From positions 19,034,001 through 19,098,000 of the forward strand of contig OX597843.1 in NCBI GenBank assembly GCA_951406725.2: a stretch of 64,000 nucleotides of DNA, read 5' to 3'. The translations under genes and the position numbers were made by a program. This document shows positions 62,840 through 64,000 of the stretch, piece by piece; the first letter of the stretch is position 1, and each line of letters starts with the position of its first letter. The notes beneath the pieces are model-generated. The model did no database searches. It had not been told where the DNA came from and saw only the letters and a program-made list of their open reading frames with translations. This DNA is from Octopus vulgaris. Lineage: Eukaryota.

Positions 62840-64000
62840 TATGTTACGGCAAAATGATCAGCCACCTTTTATATATGGATGACCTAAAACTATACGCTGC
62901 AAATGACAAACAGCTGGAAACACTATTAAAGACAGTTCATGGATTTACCAAAGAAATAGATATGAAATTTGGATTAGAAAAATGCGCCAAAGTAACCATG
63001 AAAAGAGGAAAGCTAGTTAAGAGTAACAACATCACACTAGATAAAACCAATGAAATAAAAGAATTAGACCAAAGCCAAACTTACAAATACTTAGGAATCC
63101 ATGAACTAGATAAGACACAACACACACAAATGAAAGAGAAAATAAAAAAGAATATTATAGACGAGTTAGATCAATACTAAAAATAGAGCTCAATGTTAAA
63201 AACAAGATAATAGGTATCAACACTATAGCTGTCCCAGTTATAAGTTACAGCTACAATATCCTTAACTGGACACTAAATGAACTGACCAAAATAGATAGGA
63301 AAACAAGAAAAATAATGACAGGATCTAGGATGCATCACCCAAAATCTGACATAGAAAGACCATATATACAACGTATAGAAGGTGGTAGAGGCCTTATACA
63401 GCTGGAAAACTACAATAAATTAACCACCATAGGACTGAAAACATATCTACTTCAGAAGGAAGGAAAACTGATACAAATAGCGGCAAAACACGAGCAAAAC
63501 AAAAAACAGTTCTCTGTATTTAAGGAAGCTGACAAATACAAACAAGAAATCATACCACCTAATAGATATGAAGAAGAAGAAGAAGAAGATGAAGAAACAA
63601 CAAAAGCTATAAAACAAATGAAATCCAAACTAAAAATAGAACAGCAACGAACCATGATAAAACGATGGCAAGAAAAGCCCCTTCATGGTAAATAGTGCAC
63701 TAAACTAAACGCAAAATAAATAGACAAAGAAAAATCCCAGCAATGGTTGAGAAGCTCAGGACTCAAAGCAGAAACAGAGGGATTTTTAATTGCAGCACAA
63801 GACCAAAGCCTCCCCACCAGAAATTACCAAAAATATGTAATGAAAAGAAATATAACAAGTAACTGCAGAATATGTGGAGATGGACAAGAAACAATAAATC
63901 ATATTATCTCTGGCTGCCCAGTCCTGGCGAAGAAGGAATATATTCACAGAAATACATAACAAAAACACCAGGACTTACAAACACATATAACAACAGAAAA
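62840..64000 (+). mobile_element. 5'-truncated R4/Dong-type LINE, same family as 17663-18634, with internal deletion
   Basis: ISHLLYMDDLKLYA, KFGLEKCA, YKYLG, GGRGL, AETEGFLIAAQDQ, CRICG..HIISGC; runs off the window. Confidence 0.9.

Overview
AT-rich, microsatellite-laden eukaryotic DNA, most likely octopus/cephalopod (inferred from the SINE families and the (TA)n/(AAT)n/(GATA)n/(TTC)n landscape). Positions 1-22.2 kb are a stack of mobile elements: a Tx1/L1-type LINE, a Penelope-like element, an LTR retrotransposon, (TAA)n-targeting R4/Dong-type LINEs, SINEs, and an IR/DR Tc1 inserted in a probable Helitron. From 22.9 kb to the window end lies a + strand gene that the ORF track only catches in fragments: a signal peptide/LRRNT exon followed by 11 single-LRR exons of exactly 72 nt, all phase 2-2 with AG/GT sites. 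They follow a five-exon periodic order (A B C D E A' B' C' D' E' A''), with homologous intron flanks and paralogous empty transposon sites, so the ectodomain grew by multi-kb block duplication. Every exon junction rebuilds a Leu codon, so the cassettes are interchangeable in frame. The introns hold a near full-length Tx1 LINE inside a (GATA)n array, two mariners, Penelope-like fragments and foldbacks with minimal hammerhead ribozyme motifs, and a 29-bp minisatellite. All coordinates and counts were read by eye.
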